In this document: positions 9,667 to 21,374 of the stretch, piece after piece | How the letters are laid out: each line of letters begins with the position of its first letter | Position numbering within the stretch: position 1 is the first letter of the stretch | DNA from: an uncultured Chloroflexia bacterium | Lineage (GTDB): Bacteria; Chloroflexota; Anaerolineae; Anaerolineales; RBG-16-64-43 | NCBI GenBank assembly: GCA_963780865.1 | Contig: CAWADT010000009.1 | Span: 42,134 to 106,133, forward strand | Length of the DNA stretch: 64,000 nt | Direction of reading: 5' to 3' | Notes under the pieces: model-generated | What the model was told of the DNA's origin: nothing | Databases searched by the model: none | The model's input: the letters and a program-made list of their open reading frames with translations, nothing else | Translations under genes and position numbers: made by a program

Positions 9667-9819
9667 TCAATATTACCTTGTGTCAATCCATAATCTGAAT
9701 CATTGGTAAATGCCTGCCACCAGGAAAACCCTCCAGGTGGACCGGGGGAATCTGGTTTTTCTATCCGCGAAAGAATCATTCATTCCATTGGTTGATGTTT
9801 ATTGAGCGATTGCTATTGG

Positions 9820-9855
9820 GAGATTGCTTCGCTCCCTCCGGTCGCTCGCAATGAC
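9820..9855. repeat. Half of a GTCATTGCGAG..GCAATCT / AGATTGCTTCG..CTCGCAATGAC palindromic repeat
   Basis: AGATTGCTTCGCTCCCTCCGGTCGCTCGCAATGAC; same family lies inside 11683-11898. Confidence 0.65.
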
Positions 9856-9896
9856 AGATTCGAATTATTGAAGCAGGCTGTCAATTTATTACTTGC

Positions 9897-11621
9897 TTAT
9901 TCCCCCGATCCATTCCGCCCGGAAAACAAAATCCAGAGGAAGGTGGCTGCGGAAACAGCCAGCATCGCTCCGCCCAGAAGCGCACGGCCGCTATCCACCA
10001 TCAGCACGCCGCCCAGCAAGAGCACGGAGAAAACCATGCTCGCGCCAAGCCGGTTGATGGCGTTTTCCAGGCGGCCGATCCGGCGGGCAAGCTCCGGCGA
10101 TTGCACGCTCAACTCCCCGCGTTCGATCGTACCCAGCACTCGCCCCGCCTGCGAGGGGAGCGCCGCGAGCGTCTTAACAATCTCCCCCAGAGTATCCAGC
10201 ACAACGCGCCAATTGGAACCGCCTTCTTCTTCCATGAGTTTACCTGCATAGGGAGCGAGTTGATTCCATAGGTTGAATTCCGGATCCAAACCCGTGCACA
10301 TCCCCGAGAGGATCGCCACCGTCCGCCCCAGCAGGAGCAGGTTGTGGGGCAACTGGAACGGCATGCTGTACATCACGTCCTGGAATCGGTCGGCGAACCG
10401 CTGCATGTCCGCGTGGCTGAGCCCGCGCAGCTCGGCCATCGACTTGCCCCAGAACATGTCGAACATCTGCGCGCTCATCCGCTCGATCGCGCCGGTATCG
10501 GCGGAGGGCAGAAGCATGCCGAGGGTCTGGAAGGAGCGCACCATGCGGGCCGCGTCGCGCGTCCCCACGCCCAGCACCATCTCCCGCAAACCGGCGCGCA
10601 AATTCTCCGGTACCCGGCCCGCCATTCCGAAATCCACGAAGGTTAGCCGCCAGGCGGGCGTTTCCTCAAGGGCCGGCCCGGCGCGCGGGGTGACGAACAA
10701 GTTGCCCGGGTGCGGGTCGGCGTGGAAGAATCCATGGTCGAAAATCTGTTTCAGGTAGGCGTCGAGCAGCACGCGCGCCACCTCGGCCCGGTCGATGCCC
10801 GCCGCTGTGATGGCGGCGTAATCGGTGATTTTAATCGCGTACACATCCTCAAGCGTTAAAACCCGGCGGGTCGTGTGGGACCAGACCACCCGCGGGACGT
10901 GCACCTTGGGATCATCCTTGAAATACTCTGCGAAGATCTCCGCATTGTGGCCCTCGGCCAGGTAATCCACTTCCTCGTGGACGGTATCCGCGAATTCCTC
11001 GATCAGCGCGCGCACGTCCGCCCGAGCGCGAATGGGAGGATAGCGCTCCAGCCAGCGGCCCACCTGCCGCAAGGCGGATAGATCCACCTCGATCAGCCGG
11101 TCGATGTCCGGACGTTGGATCTTGATCACCACGTCGCAGAAGGCGCGATTTCCATCCGGCTGCGCGCAAAGGCGCGCCCGGTGCACCTGTCCCAGGGAGG
11201 CCGCCGCGAGCGGCTGCTCCTCGAAGGCGTCGAATTTTCCACTCAGGGGGCCGTTCAGTTCGGCTTCCGCGATGCGGCGGATGTCCTCGAACTTTTCGGG
11301 GGGAACCTCGTCCTGCAGGCCGGCGAGTTCCTGGGTGATCTCGGGAGGGAGCACATCCAGTCGGCTGGAGAGAAATTGGCCGACCTTGATCATCAGGCCG
11401 CCCAGCCGAATGGCCAGGGCTCGGAAGTCCGCCGCAATGCGCCGGAACCGGCCGGAGCGGGTGCGCCGGGAAAGCGCGCGCAAGCCGATGCGGGGGAAAA
11501 TTATCTCCCAAACGATAAAGCCGGCGGCGGCGCCGGTGAAGAAATACATGATCCGCCAATAGCGGGTGCGAAATCGGGATGCAGCCAGATTGGCCTCCGG
11601 GATTTGACGGCATTGTATCAT
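9897..11621 (-). CDS. ABC1/AarF/UbiB family atypical protein kinase with C-terminal TM segments
   Basis: IKVGQFLSSRLD, LQDEVPP, AAASLGQVH, VIKIQRP, EEVDY..EG, FFHADPHPGN, FVDFGM. Confidence 0.93.
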   Translation of the reverse strand: MIQCRQIPEANLAASRFRTRYWRIMYFFTGAAAGFIVWEIIFPRIGLRALSRRTRSGRFRRIAADFRALAIRLGGLMIKVGQFLSSRLDVLPPEITQELAGLQDEVPPEKFEDIRRIAEAELNGPLSGKFDAFEEQPLAAASLGQVHRARLCAQPDGNRAFCDVVIKIQRPDIDRLIEVDLSALRQVGRWLERYPPIRARADVRALIEEFADTVHEEVDYLAEGHNAEIFAEYFKDDPKVHVPRVVWSHTTRRVLTLEDVYAIKITDYAAITAAGIDRAEVARVLLDAYLKQIFDHGFFHADPHPGNLFVTPRAGPALEETPAWRLTFVDFGMAGRVPENLRAGLREMVLGVGTRDAARMVRSFQTLGMLLPSADTGAIERMSAQMFDMFWGKSMAELRGLSHADMQRFADRFQDVMYSMPFQLPHNLLLLGRTVAILSGMCTGLDPEFNLWNQLAPYAGKLMEEEGGSNWRVVLDTLGEIVKTLAALPSQAGRVLGTIERGELSVQSPELARRIGRLENAINRLGASMVFSVLLLGGVLMVDSGRALLGGAMLAVSAATFLWILFSGRNGSGE

Positions 11622-11682
11622 CGCCCTTCTTTTTCCCGCCTGGGCCGACGGTGGGATCCATCCACTTCATTTTTTCGCTTAA

Positions 11683-11898
11683 TAGGGTGTGGAAAAACAA
11701 GAAAGATGTCATTGCGAGGAGCGAAGCGACGAAGCAATCTGGTTTTTCTGACGCGAAAACCAGAATGCCCCGCCCCGGCTCCAACTTTGAATAAATTGCA
11801 TTTGCCGGGGCGAGGCCGGGGCTTCGCTCCCTTCCCCCGAAGTACACGAGGGCAGGCGGTCGCTCGCAATGACCAAGTCCGACTTTTTCCATACGCTG
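11683..11898. mobile_element. 216 bp MITE carrying a GTCATTGCGAG...CTCGCAATGAC palindrome
   Basis: Ends TAGGGTGTGGAAAAA / TTTTTCCATACGCTG, flanks TTAA / TTAG. Confidence 0.65.
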
Positions 11899-11959
11899 TT
11901 AGTGCGTAGGTGCTACGAGGAAAATGACAATGTTGCAGTTCTGCGGTAAGTTCTTCTAA

Positions 11960-12157
11960 CAGGGTGTTGAAAAAACTATCGAAGGTGGTCGAGCCCGCCC
12001 CGGCTGGGTCGGGCCGGGGTAGCGGTGTTTGCGTATCGAGACCACCGGATATCAGCGAGGTCTCGATACGCCCGCGAACAATGCGAGCTACCCCCACCCG
12101 CCCGGTGGGCTTGCCGGGGCGGGCTCGACCGACTCTGGAGCCTTTTTCAACATCCTG
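11960..12157. mobile_element. 198 bp MITE, inverted relative of 7237-7396
   Basis: Ends CAGGGTGTTGAAAAA / TTTTTCAACATCCTG, flanks CTAA / CTAG; shared GCGTATCGAGACC..GGTCTCGATACGC core; right flank coincides with the xfp stop codon. Confidence 0.8.
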
Positions 12158-14524
12158 CTAGGTCGGGATCCACTTCCAGTTCCGAATCTCCGGCAGGTCT
12201 TCGCCGTTTTTGTCGATGAATTGCTTGTGCTCGACCAGCTTGTCCTTGAGTTGCTGCTTCAGGTAGATGCCCGGATCGCCGGTTTGCGGCAGCCGGTCGA
12301 TGGCGTCCATCACGAGGTGGAAGCGGTCCAGCCCATTCAGCACCGTCATGTCGAAGGGCGTGGTGATGGTGCCTTCCTCCTTGTAACCGTGGACGTGGAT
12401 GTTGTCGTGGTTGGTACGGCGGTAGGTGAGCCGGTGGATTAGCACGGGGTAGGCATGGTAGGCGAAGATGACCGGTTTATCCTTGGTGAAGAGCTCGTCG
12501 AAATCCATATCGCTTAGCCCGTGCGGGTGCTCGGTTTGCGGCATCAGCTTCGTAAGGTCGACGACGTTCACCACGCGGATTTTTAGATCCGGCAAATGCT
12601 CGCGCAGAATCGAAACGGCGGCGAGCGTCTCCAGCGTAGGCACATCGCCGCAGCAGGCCATCACCACGTCCGGCGCAGCGTTCTGGTCGTTGCTGGCCCA
12701 CTGCCAGATGCCGATGCCTTCGGTGCAGTGTTTGACGGCGGCGTCCATCGTCAGCCACTGCGGGGCGGGGTGCTTGCCCGCGACCACGACGTTGACGTAA
12801 TGGCGGCTGCGCAGGCAGTGGTCCATCACCGACAGCAGGCAGTTGGCATCCGGCGGAAGGTAAACCCGCACGATCTCGGCCTTCTTGTTCATCACATGGT
12901 CGATGAAACCGGGATCCTGGTGTGTGAAGCCGTTGTGATCCTGGCGCCAGACGTGCGAGGCCAGCAGGTAGTTTAAGGAGGAAATTTTCCGCCGCCACGG
13001 CAGTTGCGCGGTGACCTTCAGCCACTTGGCGTGTTGGTTGAACATCGAATCGACGATGTGGATGAACGCTTCGTAGCAGTTGAAAAGCCCGTGCCGGCCG
13101 GTGAGCAGGTAGCCCTCGAGCCAGCCCTCGCACTGGTGCTCGCTGAGCATTTCCATCACGCGTCCGGAGGGCGCGAGAAACTCGTCGTTGGGCACGGTCG
13201 CGGCTTCCCATTGACGATCGGTCGTTTCAAAGACGGCCTCCAGGCCGTTGGAGAGCGTCTCGTCGGGGCCGAAGACCCGGAAATTCCGCTGCTCGCTGTT
13301 TAACTTCGTCACATCGCGCAGGAAGCGCCCGAGCACATGCGTGTCTCCGATGCCGGGCACTCCCGGCGCGGGCACGTCGACCGCGTAGTCGCGGAAATCC
13401 GGCATGCGCAAGTCGCGCAGCAGTATGCCGCCGTTGGCGTGCGGGTTGGCGCCCATGCGCCGTTCGCCCCTGGGGGCAAGGTCCGCCAGTTCCGGTTTCA
13501 AGCGGCCCTGGTCGTCGAAGAGTTCCTCCGGCCGGTAGCTCCGGAGCCACTCTTCCAACTGTCTGAGGTGTTCGGGATTCGCGGCCGGATCGGAGAGCGG
13601 CACCTGGTGCGAACGGAAAGTGCCCTCCACCGCCAGGCCGTCGACCGTCTTCGGCCCCGTCCAGCCCTTGGGTGAATTGAGGACGATCATCGGCCAGCGC
13701 GGACGCGCGAGGTTGCCGCGGACGCGGGCGTCCTGCTGGATTTTTTTGATCTGCTCCACCGCCGTGTCGAGTGCGGCGGCCATGGCCTCATGCATCAGCT
13801 CCGGCTCGTGCCCTTCCACAAAGTAGGGCGTCCATCCGTAGCCGCGCAGCAGTTGTTCCAGTTCCTCATGGGTGATGCGGGCCAGAACCGTCGGGTTGGA
13901 AATCTTGTAGCCGTTGAGATGCAGGATCGGCAGCACCGCGCCGTCCGCGGCCGGATTAAGAAATTTGTTGGAATGCCAGGCGGTGGCGAGCGGCCCGGTT
14001 TCCGCTTCGCCGTCGCCGACGACGCACGCGACGACGAGATCGGGATTATCCAGCACCGCCCCGAACGAATGGCTGAGCGAATAGCCCAGCTCGCCGCCCT
14101 CGTGGATCGAGCCTGGACACTCCGGCGAGGCATGGCTGGGAATTCCGCCGGGAAACGAAAACTGAAGAAAGAGCTTCCGCAATCCAGCTTCGTCCTGGCT
14201 GATATCAGGATAGATTTCGCTGTACGTGCCCTCGAGATAAGTGTTGCCCACCACGGCCGGTCCGCCGTGCCCGGGGCCGGAGACGTAAATCATATTGAGG
14301 TCGTATTTTTTGATCACCCGGTTCAAATGCATATAAATGAAATTCTGGCCGGGGGTTGTGCCCCAGTGACCCAGCAGCATGTGCTTTACATCCGCGAGGG
14401 TGAGCGGCCGCTTCAAGAGCGGGTTGTCGTAGAGGTAGATCTGGCCGACCGAGAGGAAGTTAGCGGCGCGCCAGTAGGCATCCATCCTGCGGAGCAATTC
14501 CGGGGAAAGGGTTTTTGTCGGCAT
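12158..14524 (-). CDS. xfp: Xylulose-5-P/fructose-6-P phosphoketolase
   Basis: [24 protein letters not shown] motif [32 protein letters not shown]. Confidence 0.97.
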   Translation of the reverse strand: MPTKTLSPELLRRMDAYWRAANFLSVGQIYLYDNPLLKRPLTLADVKHMLLGHWGTTPGQNFIYMHLNRVIKKYDLNMIYVSGPGHGGPAVVGNTYLEGTYSEIYPDISQDEAGLRKLFLQFSFPGGIPSHASPECPGSIHEGGELGYSLSHSFGAVLDNPDLVVACVVGDGEAETGPLATAWHSNKFLNPAADGAVLPILHLNGYKISNPTVLARITHEELEQLLRGYGWTPYFVEGHEPELMHEAMAAALDTAVEQIKKIQQDARVRGNLARPRWPMIVLNSPKGWTGPKTVDGLAVEGTFRSHQVPLSDPAANPEHLRQLEEWLRSYRPEELFDDQGRLKPELADLAPRGERRMGANPHANGGILLRDLRMPDFRDYAVDVPAPGVPGIGDTHVLGRFLRDVTKLNSEQRNFRVFGPDETLSNGLEAVFETTDRQWEAATVPNDEFLAPSGRVMEMLSEHQCEGWLEGYLLTGRHGLFNCYEAFIHIVDSMFNQHAKWLKVTAQLPWRRKISSLNYLLASHVWRQDHNGFTHQDPGFIDHVMNKKAEIVRVYLPPDANCLLSVMDHCLRSRHYVNVVVAGKHPAPQWLTMDAAVKHCTEGIGIWQWASNDQNAAPDVVMACCGDVPTLETLAAVSILREHLPDLKIRVVNVVDLTKLMPQTEHPHGLSDMDFDELFTKDKPVIFAYHAYPVLIHRLTYRRTNHDNIHVHGYKEEGTITTPFDMTVLNGLDRFHLVMDAIDRLPQTGDPGIYLKQQLKDKLVEHKQFIDKNGEDLPEIRNWKWIPT

Positions 14525-14527
14525 GGT

Positions 14528-15736
14528 TTACTTCTCTCGTTTCCCGCCAAGCCCGAGCAGGCTGCAAACGGCTTTGGCGATCATGAATTCTTCGTCCGTG
14601 TGCATGACGCGCACGGCCACCCGGCTGGACGCCGCGGAGATCACGCCCTCACCGGCGGCGTTACGTTTTTGGTCGAGTTCGATTCCCAAAAATCCCAGCT
14701 CATCGCAAATCCGGGCGCGGACAATGGGAGCATTCTCTCCGATGCCGCCGGCGAATACCATTGTATCCAGCCCGCCCAGCGCCGCCGCGAACGCGCCGAT
14801 CCATTTTTTCACCTGGTAGCAAAACAGGGCCACCGCCTCGGCCGCCCGCACGTCTTCGGTTTCGCGCCCGAGCAAATCCTGCATGTCGGAGCTGGTTTCG
14901 GATATCCCGAGCAGCCCGGAGTGGAAATTGACCATCTCGTTGAATTGCCTGGCGCTCATTTTTTCCGTGCGCGACAGATACCAGACCAGGCCCGGATCGA
15001 GATCGCCGGAACGGGTGCTCATGGGCACCCCGGCGGCCGGCGTGAGACTCATGCTGGTGTCGACGGATTTTCCGTTCCGTACCGCCGCCAGGCTCGCGCC
15101 ATTGCCGAGATGGGCCAGGATCACCCGGCCGCCCGCCGCTTCGGCTCCGGCCAGGCGGGCCAATTCTTCCATGAGAAACGCATACGACAATCCGTGAAAT
15201 CCGTAGCGCCGCACGCCCTGCGCCTCGTAGCGGCGCGGGATGGGCAGCAACCGCGCCACGCGCGGCAGGTCGTGGTGAAAAGCAGTATCGAAACACGCCA
15301 CCTGGGGCAGATCGGGAAAGCGGCGGGAAAACGCTTCGGTCAGCAAAATCTCTTCGGGCAGATGTTCGGGATCGAACGGTTGAAGCTGGTGCAGCTCCTC
15401 GACCATTTCCTTTGTGATGCGCTGCGGCTCGCTGTACTTCGGTCCGCCGTGCACCACACGGTGGCCCACCGCCGTCAATGCTTCCCGCGCGCCGCGTTGC
15501 TCGATCCAATCCATCAGAACGCCCACCGCCGCCGTGTGGTCCGGCGCCTTTACGGGATGCGAAAAGTTGTCCGCCGGGTTCACCCCTTTCACCCGCATCA
15601 CGGCTTCCGGCAATCCAATCCGTTCCATCCCGCCCTCCAGAATCCGCCGGAGCGGGCCGCCGGCCCTGTACATCGCGAACTTAATGCTCGAAGAGCCGCC
15701 ATTGATCGTCAGGATGAGCGGGTCAGCCGGTTTCAT
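14528..15736 (-). CDS. ackA: Acetate/propionate kinase
   Basis: LTINGGSSSIKF, GHRVVHGG, CFDTAFH, RRYGFHGLS, HLGNGAS, FAGGIGEN, HTDEE; start placed at ATG 15736. Confidence 0.95.
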   Translation of the reverse strand: MKPADPLILTINGGSSSIKFAMYRAGGPLRRILEGGMERIGLPEAVMRVKGVNPADNFSHPVKAPDHTAAVGVLMDWIEQRGAREALTAVGHRVVHGGPKYSEPQRITKEMVEELHQLQPFDPEHLPEEILLTEAFSRRFPDLPQVACFDTAFHHDLPRVARLLPIPRRYEAQGVRRYGFHGLSYAFLMEELARLAGAEAAGGRVILAHLGNGASLAAVRNGKSVDTSMSLTPAAGVPMSTRSGDLDPGLVWYLSRTEKMSARQFNEMVNFHSGLLGISETSSDMQDLLGRETEDVRAAEAVALFCYQVKKWIGAFAAALGGLDTMVFAGGIGENAPIVRARICDELGFLGIELDQKRNAAGEGVISAASSRVAVRVMHTDEEFMIAKAVCSLLGLGGKREK

Positions 15737-16370
15737 AGTCGGCTCCTTTGTCAATCGGCAATCCGATAGCAGCCAATTGCGCGACTGTGGATTTGTAATC
15801 CGTATGCAGAATGCTTCGAATCCCCAACCCTTTTGCGATCCGGACGTACATCGGGGTGTTGTCGATATAGACCACCCGGCCGGCCGGAGCGTGCGCGGTT
15901 TCGAGCGCCATCCGGTAGATATCCGGGTCGGGCTTTCGCAAATGAACGACGCAGGAGGAGATAAAAGAATCCACAAACCCGTCCAGATGGAACTTTCGAA
16001 TCCGGTATTCGTTCAGCCCGTGGCCTTCGTTGTTGACGACGAGGATTTTCAATCCATACCGCGCCTTGAGCCGGCGGGCCAACTCGATCATTTTGGGAAA
16101 AGGCTTCGACTGGGCGAACATGAAGTTGCGGAACTGCGCCGGTGTAAACGGCCTCTTCTCGTAGAACACCACCTGGTCGAGGCACTCCGAAATGGTGAAC
16201 TTACCCAGCTCATACGTTTCGAGCGCCTAGCTATGCCGGATTTTCAGCTCATCCAAATTCAAGCCGAAGGTCTTGGCCGCCAGTTTGCTCGCCCCGTGGC
16301 TCCACCCGTCGGTGAGCAGGACGCCGCCGACGTCCAGAAACAAGCACTGGATCGCATCCGCTTTCTTCAT
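15723..16370 (-). pseudogene. HAD-superfamily phosphatase with in-frame TAG at codon 48
   Basis: MKKADAIQCLFLDVGGVLLTDGW...IRHS-TAG-ALETYELGKFT continues in frame into the tracked 15723-16172 ORF (RKPDPDIY, VYIDN); stop at 16227-16229. Confidence 0.85.
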
Positions 16371-16393
16371 CGTCTATTTTTCCTTCGATCGGA

Positions 16394-18940
16394 TCATCGC
16401 TGCCACAAGATGCGGCCGTCTTCGAGCGGGACCGCCACGCCATCACGGTGCGGTATAACCCGCGCCGTATAGTCCGAGACCGGGCGGGTCGCGTCCACCT
16501 GCGCGCCATAAACGTAACCGCCCGGCGCCCCGGCGAGCGGACGCACGCGCTTCATCTCCCGCCGTTCCGGCTCGCCGCCGTTCACTCCGTTGGCATACAG
16601 CTCGACCCGCGCGCTATCGGGGTCGAGGCCGCCGAAATAGACCTCGACTTCGAATTCATGCTGCCCTTCGCCGTTGACGGCATTCCAACCGCCGAAGCGC
16701 AGCGTGGCCCACATCTGATCCAGCTTTTGCCGCCAGTCGACCAGCTGCGTGCCCGCCGCGCCTTTCTCCGCGGCGCGCGCGCGGTAGGCGGCGGCGGCCG
16801 GGAGGTAATGTTCCTCGGTGTATTCGCGCACCGTGCGGTTGGCGGAAAACTGCGGCGTCAACCGCGCCATGCTTTCCCGCATGCGTGCCACCCACGCTGC
16901 GGGGATGCCCTGCGGATTGCGGGAATAAAATTCGGGGATGACCTTGCTCTCAAGCAGGTTGTAGAGCGTATCGGCTTCGGCGGCGTCCCAGGCGGGATCG
17001 TCGCCGTGTTCGCGGCCGTCCCCCAGCGCCCAGCCCACTTCGGGCGCATAGGCTTCCGCCCACCAGCCGTCCAGCTCCGAAAGGTTGATGCCGCCGTTGA
17101 CGAGCGCTTTCATCCCGCTCGTGCCGCAGGCTTCCCAGGGCCGGCGGGGCGTATTGATCCAGACATCCACTCCCTGGACCAGGTGCTCGGTGAGCAGCAT
17201 GTCGTAATCGCTGAGGAAGATCACGTGAGGGCGCACTTCGGGACGGCGGATAAATTGGATCCATTCCTGGATCAATGTCTGCCCCGCCTCGTCCGCCGGA
17301 TGAGCCTTGCCGGCCAGGATGAGCTGCACGGGCCGCTGAGGATTGCTCAACAGGCGGAGCAGCCTCGCCGGATCGTGCAGCAGCAGGTTCGGTCTTTTAT
17401 ACGAGGCAAAGCGCCGCGCGAAGCCGAGCGTCAGCGCATCCGGATCAAACAGATGCCTAGCTTCCTCCACCGCCTCGGGGGGCGCGCCGGATGCGGCCAG
17501 CTCCAGGGACAGTCGCTCGCGGGCATATTCGACGAGCGCCTTGCCGGCCGCCGCGCGGAATTGCCAGATCCTTTCGTCGGAGACGCGGCCCATCTCCTTC
17601 TCCAGGGTTTCCATCGTCCCCAGCCAGCGGTCTTTTCCGCAAGCCTCCGTCCAAAGATCGTCGGCCGCCACCGAGTCCCAACTCGGCATGTGAACTCCGT
17701 TGGTCACGTGTCCGACCGGCACTTCGTCCTGCGGCCAGTGCGGGAAGAGCGGCTCGAACAGTTGCCGGCTCACCGTCCCGTGCAGGCGGCTCACACCGTT
17801 GACCGCCCCGCTGCCGCGGATCGCGAGGTAGGCCATGTTGAAACTTTCCGACGGATCGTCCGGGTTTTGCCGGCCCAGGGTGAGCAAATCGCGGAGCGGG
17901 ATGCCGAGCTTTTGCTCGGCGTAACCGCCCAGGTATTGCCCGATTAGCGCCGGATCGAAACGGTCGAACCCGGCGGCCACCGCCGTGTGGGTGGTGAAGA
18001 GATTTCCCGCACGCGTGGCGGTCAGGGCCGCGTCGAAGGGCCGGCCCGTCTCCGCCATAAAGCTCAGCGCGCGTTCGAGCACCGCGAAGGCCGCGTGGCC
18101 TTCATTTAAGTGGCAGACTTCCGGATGGATGCCGAGCGCGCCGAGCAGCCGCCATCCGCCGATCCCGAGCAGCAGTTCCTGCTTGAGGCGCAGTTCCGGC
18201 CCGCCGCCGTAGAGCTCGCTGGTGATGCCGCGGTGGATGGGAATATTCGCCGCGTCGTTGCTGTCGAGGAGGAAGAGTTTTACCCTGCCAACCTGGACCT
18301 GCCAGGCGCGCAGCCAGACCGAGTAACCGGGCAGGGCGATCTCCAGCCGCAGCCACTCGCCGTCCGGTTGGCGCAGCGGCGTGATCGGCAGCTGACCGGG
18401 GTCGTTGTACGGGAACAGCGCCTGCTGTTCGCCGTCCGCGCCGATCACCTGGCGGAAATATCCTTGCTGGTAGAGCAACCCCACCCCGATCACCGGCACG
18501 CCCAAGTCGCTCGCGGATTTCAACTGGTCGCCGGCGACGTTGCCCAGCCCACCCGAATAAATGGGGAGCGCTTCGCTGAGCATGAATTCCATGCTGAAAT
18601 AGGCGGCGCAGGTGAGCGGGGAACGCGTATGGTTGCGCTGAAACCAGGCGGGCGCCCGCGCCGCCTCGCGCTGGGCTTGCACAAGCTCTTCCACGCGCTT
18701 GCGGAACACGGGATCGGCGGATGCGCGCTTGAGCTTATCGCGCGAGACCGCTTGCAGCAAAACCCACGGGTTGTGGGTGAGTTCCCACAACGCCGGATCG
18801 AGCTGCCGCCAGACTTCATCGGCGGCGTGGTTCCACGACCAGCGCAAATCCAGGGCCAGCTCGGCCAGGGAATCGAATCCGTCGATTTCCAAAGCCAGGC
18901 GGCTGTAGAGCAGATGGCTGCTGCGGGCTTGTTTGTTCAT
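16394..18940 (-). CDS. glgP: Alpha-glucan (glycogen) phosphorylase
   Basis: AYFSMEF, YSGGLG.AGD, HLNEGH, FARRFASYKR, PLP-site EACGTSGMKA. Confidence 0.96.
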   Translation of the reverse strand: MNKQARSSHLLYSRLALEIDGFDSLAELALDLRWSWNHAADEVWRQLDPALWELTHNPWVLLQAVSRDKLKRASADPVFRKRVEELVQAQREAARAPAWFQRNHTRSPLTCAAYFSMEFMLSEALPIYSGGLGNVAGDQLKSASDLGVPVIGVGLLYQQGYFRQVIGADGEQQALFPYNDPGQLPITPLRQPDGEWLRLEIALPGYSVWLRAWQVQVGRVKLFLLDSNDAANIPIHRGITSELYGGGPELRLKQELLLGIGGWRLLGALGIHPEVCHLNEGHAAFAVLERALSFMAETGRPFDAALTATRAGNLFTTHTAVAAGFDRFDPALIGQYLGGYAEQKLGIPLRDLLTLGRQNPDDPSESFNMAYLAIRGSGAVNGVSRLHGTVSRQLFEPLFPHWPQDEVPVGHVTNGVHMPSWDSVAADDLWTEACGKDRWLGTMETLEKEMGRVSDERIWQFRAAAGKALVEYARERLSLELAASGAPPEAVEEARHLFDPDALTLGFARRFASYKRPNLLLHDPARLLRLLSNPQRPVQLILAGKAHPADEAGQTLIQEWIQFIRRPEVRPHVIFLSDYDMLLTEHLVQGVDVWINTPRRPWEACGTSGMKALVNGGINLSELDGWWAEAYAPEVGWALGDGREHGDDPAWDAAEADTLYNLLESKVIPEFYSRNPQGIPAAWVARMRESMARLTPQFSANRTVREYTEEHYLPAAAAYRARAAEKGAAGTQLVDWRQKLDQMWATLRFGGWNAVNGEGQHEFEVEVYFGGLDPDSARVELYANGVNGGEPERREMKRVRPLAGAPGGYVYGAQVDATRPVSDYTARVIPHRDGVAVPLEDGRILWQR

Positions 18941-18982
18941 AGAATCTCCTGTCCATTCCGTCCCAGACAGAATTTCCGGAGG

Positions 18983-20632
18983 TTACGCGGGCGCCGCCAG
19001 CGCGGCATTGACGATCGCCTGCGCCTCCTCCTGGATCCGATGCAGATGATCCGGTCCGCGGAAGCTCTCCGCATAAATCTTGTAAACATTCTCGGTCCCG
19101 GACGGACGCGCGGCGAACCATCCGCTTTCCGTTTCCACCTTCAGCCCGCCGATGGGAGCGCCGTTGCCGGGCGCGGCGGTGAGGACGGCCTGGATTTTTT
19201 CCCCCGCCATGTCCTGGTTTTTTACCTGGTCGGGCGAGAGCTTCGCCAGGGCAGCCTTTTGTTCGGGAGTGGCCGGCGCGTCGATCCGCTCGTACACCGG
19301 CTCGCCAAACTCGCGCGTGAGGTCGCGGTAGAGCTCGCCGGGGTCGCGCCCCATCCGGGCGGTAATCTCGGCCGCAAGCAGGGCGGGGATAATTCCATCC
19401 TTATCCGTGGTCCAAACGCCGCCGTCCCGGCGGAGGAAGGACGCGCCGGCGCTCTCCTCGCCGCCAAAGCCGAGCGAGCCGTCCAGCAAACCTTCCACAA
19501 ACCACTTGAACCCGACCGGCACCTCGTACAGCCTGCGGCCGAGCTTGGCGGCTACGCGGTCGATCATCCGGCTGCTGACCAGCGTCTTACCGACCGCGGC
19601 CGAGGCGCGCCATTCCGGCCGGTGCTGGAAAAGATAAAGGATGGCCACCGCCAGGTAGTGATTGGGCGGCAGCAATCCCGCGCTGCGGGTGACGATCCCG
19701 TGCCGGTCAGCGTCGGTATCGCACCCGAAGGCGATCTCGAATTGATCCTTCAAGCCGATCAGGCGCCGCATCGCGTAGGGCGAGGAAGGGTCCATGCGGA
19801 TCCGGCCGTCCCAATCCACCGTCATGAAACGGAAGGTGGGATCGACCACGTCGTTCACGACCGTGAGGTTCAACCCGTAACGCTGGGCTATCGGCGCCCA
19901 GTAGTGGACACTCGCCCCGCCAAGCGGATCGACCCCCAGGCTGATCCCGGCCGCGCGGACCACGTCCAGATCCAGAACATTAGCGAGCTGGCCGACGTAG
20001 GCGCCGAGATAATCGTAGCGGTGGGTTGTGGCAGCGCGAAGAGCCTTCTCCCGGGAAATCCGCTTCACGCCTTGAAGGTTGCCTTCAAGCAACTCATTGG
20101 CCTTAGCTTCGATCCAGCCGGTGACGGCGCCCTCGGCCGGACCGCCGCTCGGCGGGTTGTATTTGAAGCCGCCGTCGTGGGGCGGATTATGGGAAGGTGT
20201 GATCACGATGCCATCCGCGAGCCCGGTCTTGCGTCCGCGGTTGTAGGTGAGAATGGCGAGGGATATGGCCGGGGTGGGGGTGTATTCGTCCCCTTCCGCG
20301 ATCATCACTTCGACGTCGTTAGCGGCCAGCACCTCCAAGGCGCCGGCCAACGCCGGCACCGAAAGCGCGTGCGTATCAAGGCCGAGGAACAGCGGGCCGC
20401 CGATATTGTGCTGTTTCCGGTACAGGCAGATCGCCTGGCTGATGGCGAGGATGTGCCGCTCGTTGAATGATTTCTGGAAGGACGAACCACGGTGCCCGGA
20501 GGTGCCGAAGGCGACCCGCTGCTCCGGGACCGAAGGGTCGGGTGAGTCCGCGTAATACGCCGTGACGAGATCGGGCACATTGACGAGCGAACCCGGGTCG
20601 GCCGGCTTTCCCGCAAGTGGATTAACTTCCAT
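18983..20632 (-). CDS. pgm: Phosphoglucomutase
   Basis: [15 protein letters not shown] phosphoserine, DTDADR metal loop, GGEESAG, RPSGTE; start placed at ATG 20632. Confidence 0.95.
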   Translation of the reverse strand: MEVNPLAGKPADPGSLVNVPDLVTAYYADSPDPSVPEQRVAFGTSGHRGSSFQKSFNERHILAISQAICLYRKQHNIGGPLFLGLDTHALSVPALAGALEVLAANDVEVMIAEGDEYTPTPAISLAILTYNRGRKTGLADGIVITPSHNPPHDGGFKYNPPSGGPAEGAVTGWIEAKANELLEGNLQGVKRISREKALRAATTHRYDYLGAYVGQLANVLDLDVVRAAGISLGVDPLGGASVHYWAPIAQRYGLNLTVVNDVVDPTFRFMTVDWDGRIRMDPSSPYAMRRLIGLKDQFEIAFGCDTDADRHGIVTRSAGLLPPNHYLAVAILYLFQHRPEWRASAAVGKTLVSSRMIDRVAAKLGRRLYEVPVGFKWFVEGLLDGSLGFGGEESAGASFLRRDGGVWTTDKDGIIPALLAAEITARMGRDPGELYRDLTREFGEPVYERIDAPATPEQKAALAKLSPDQVKNQDMAGEKIQAVLTAAPGNGAPIGGLKVETESGWFAARPSGTENVYKIYAESFRGPDHLHRIQEEAQAIVNAALAAPA

Positions 20633-20784
20633 CGATTCCTCCGTCTGTTCCTGCGGATTCCCTTCGCCGGTGAAATCCTCCGCGTCCGTAGAACGTGCCG
20701 CCGGCCGAAGACCGTCCAGAAGGCTAACGAGATTTATTCCCGGCGTGTCCGGGCGACAACTTCGGAATGGTTCCACATCCGCGC

Positions 20785-21374
20785 CGGGCGCGCCGGGAAT
20801 TTGGTTGATTCGCGCGGTAACCGCGGATTTGCATCCCGCGGTTAATGATACCAACGATTGGTTGAACAGGCCGCGCGGCGTTTCGCGGCGCCAGACGTGC
20901 CGCGCAATCGGCTGATCCGCGCGGCGGCGACGGATTTGTATCCGGCGATGAACGACGCCAATGATTTATTGGCGGGGCCGCGTGCCAATCCGGGGCGTAG
21001 GGGCGGGCCCCGCAATTGGTTGATCCGTGTGGTGACGGCGGATTTATAACCGGCGATTAATGATGCCAATGACTGCGGTGATCGGTGTAGGGGCGGACCC
21101 TCGCTACGCAAGGGCAGGCGGCTGTCCGCCCGCGTGGGCGCACCCCACGCTGCGTGAACGCGCAGGTTCAAAAAACAAACCGAACCTGCGCACTCCCCCC
21201 GCTTCGCGAGGGCAGGCGCGAGGGCGGGTGCCATGCGCCCCTACAAAACCACCATCGCGATCCACGATGGTGACGATGGCGTGGAAATGATTCGGCATAA
21301 CGATGAATTCATCCAACGCGATAACGCGTCGGATGGCCGCCGTACGCAACCATTCCGCACGGACGATTCCATTT
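20785..21374 (-). pseudogene. Decayed RAYT fragments: one HUH-containing piece and three extra copies of the SLxSxIAGYKSAVTxRINxLRG segment, interspersed with GTAGGG(G)CG REP remnants
   Basis: Visible in tracked ORFs 21104-21484, 20842-21234 and the N-terminal extension of 18983-20854; DNA repeats near 20790, 20900 and 21010 match 21520-21600. Confidence 0.8.
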
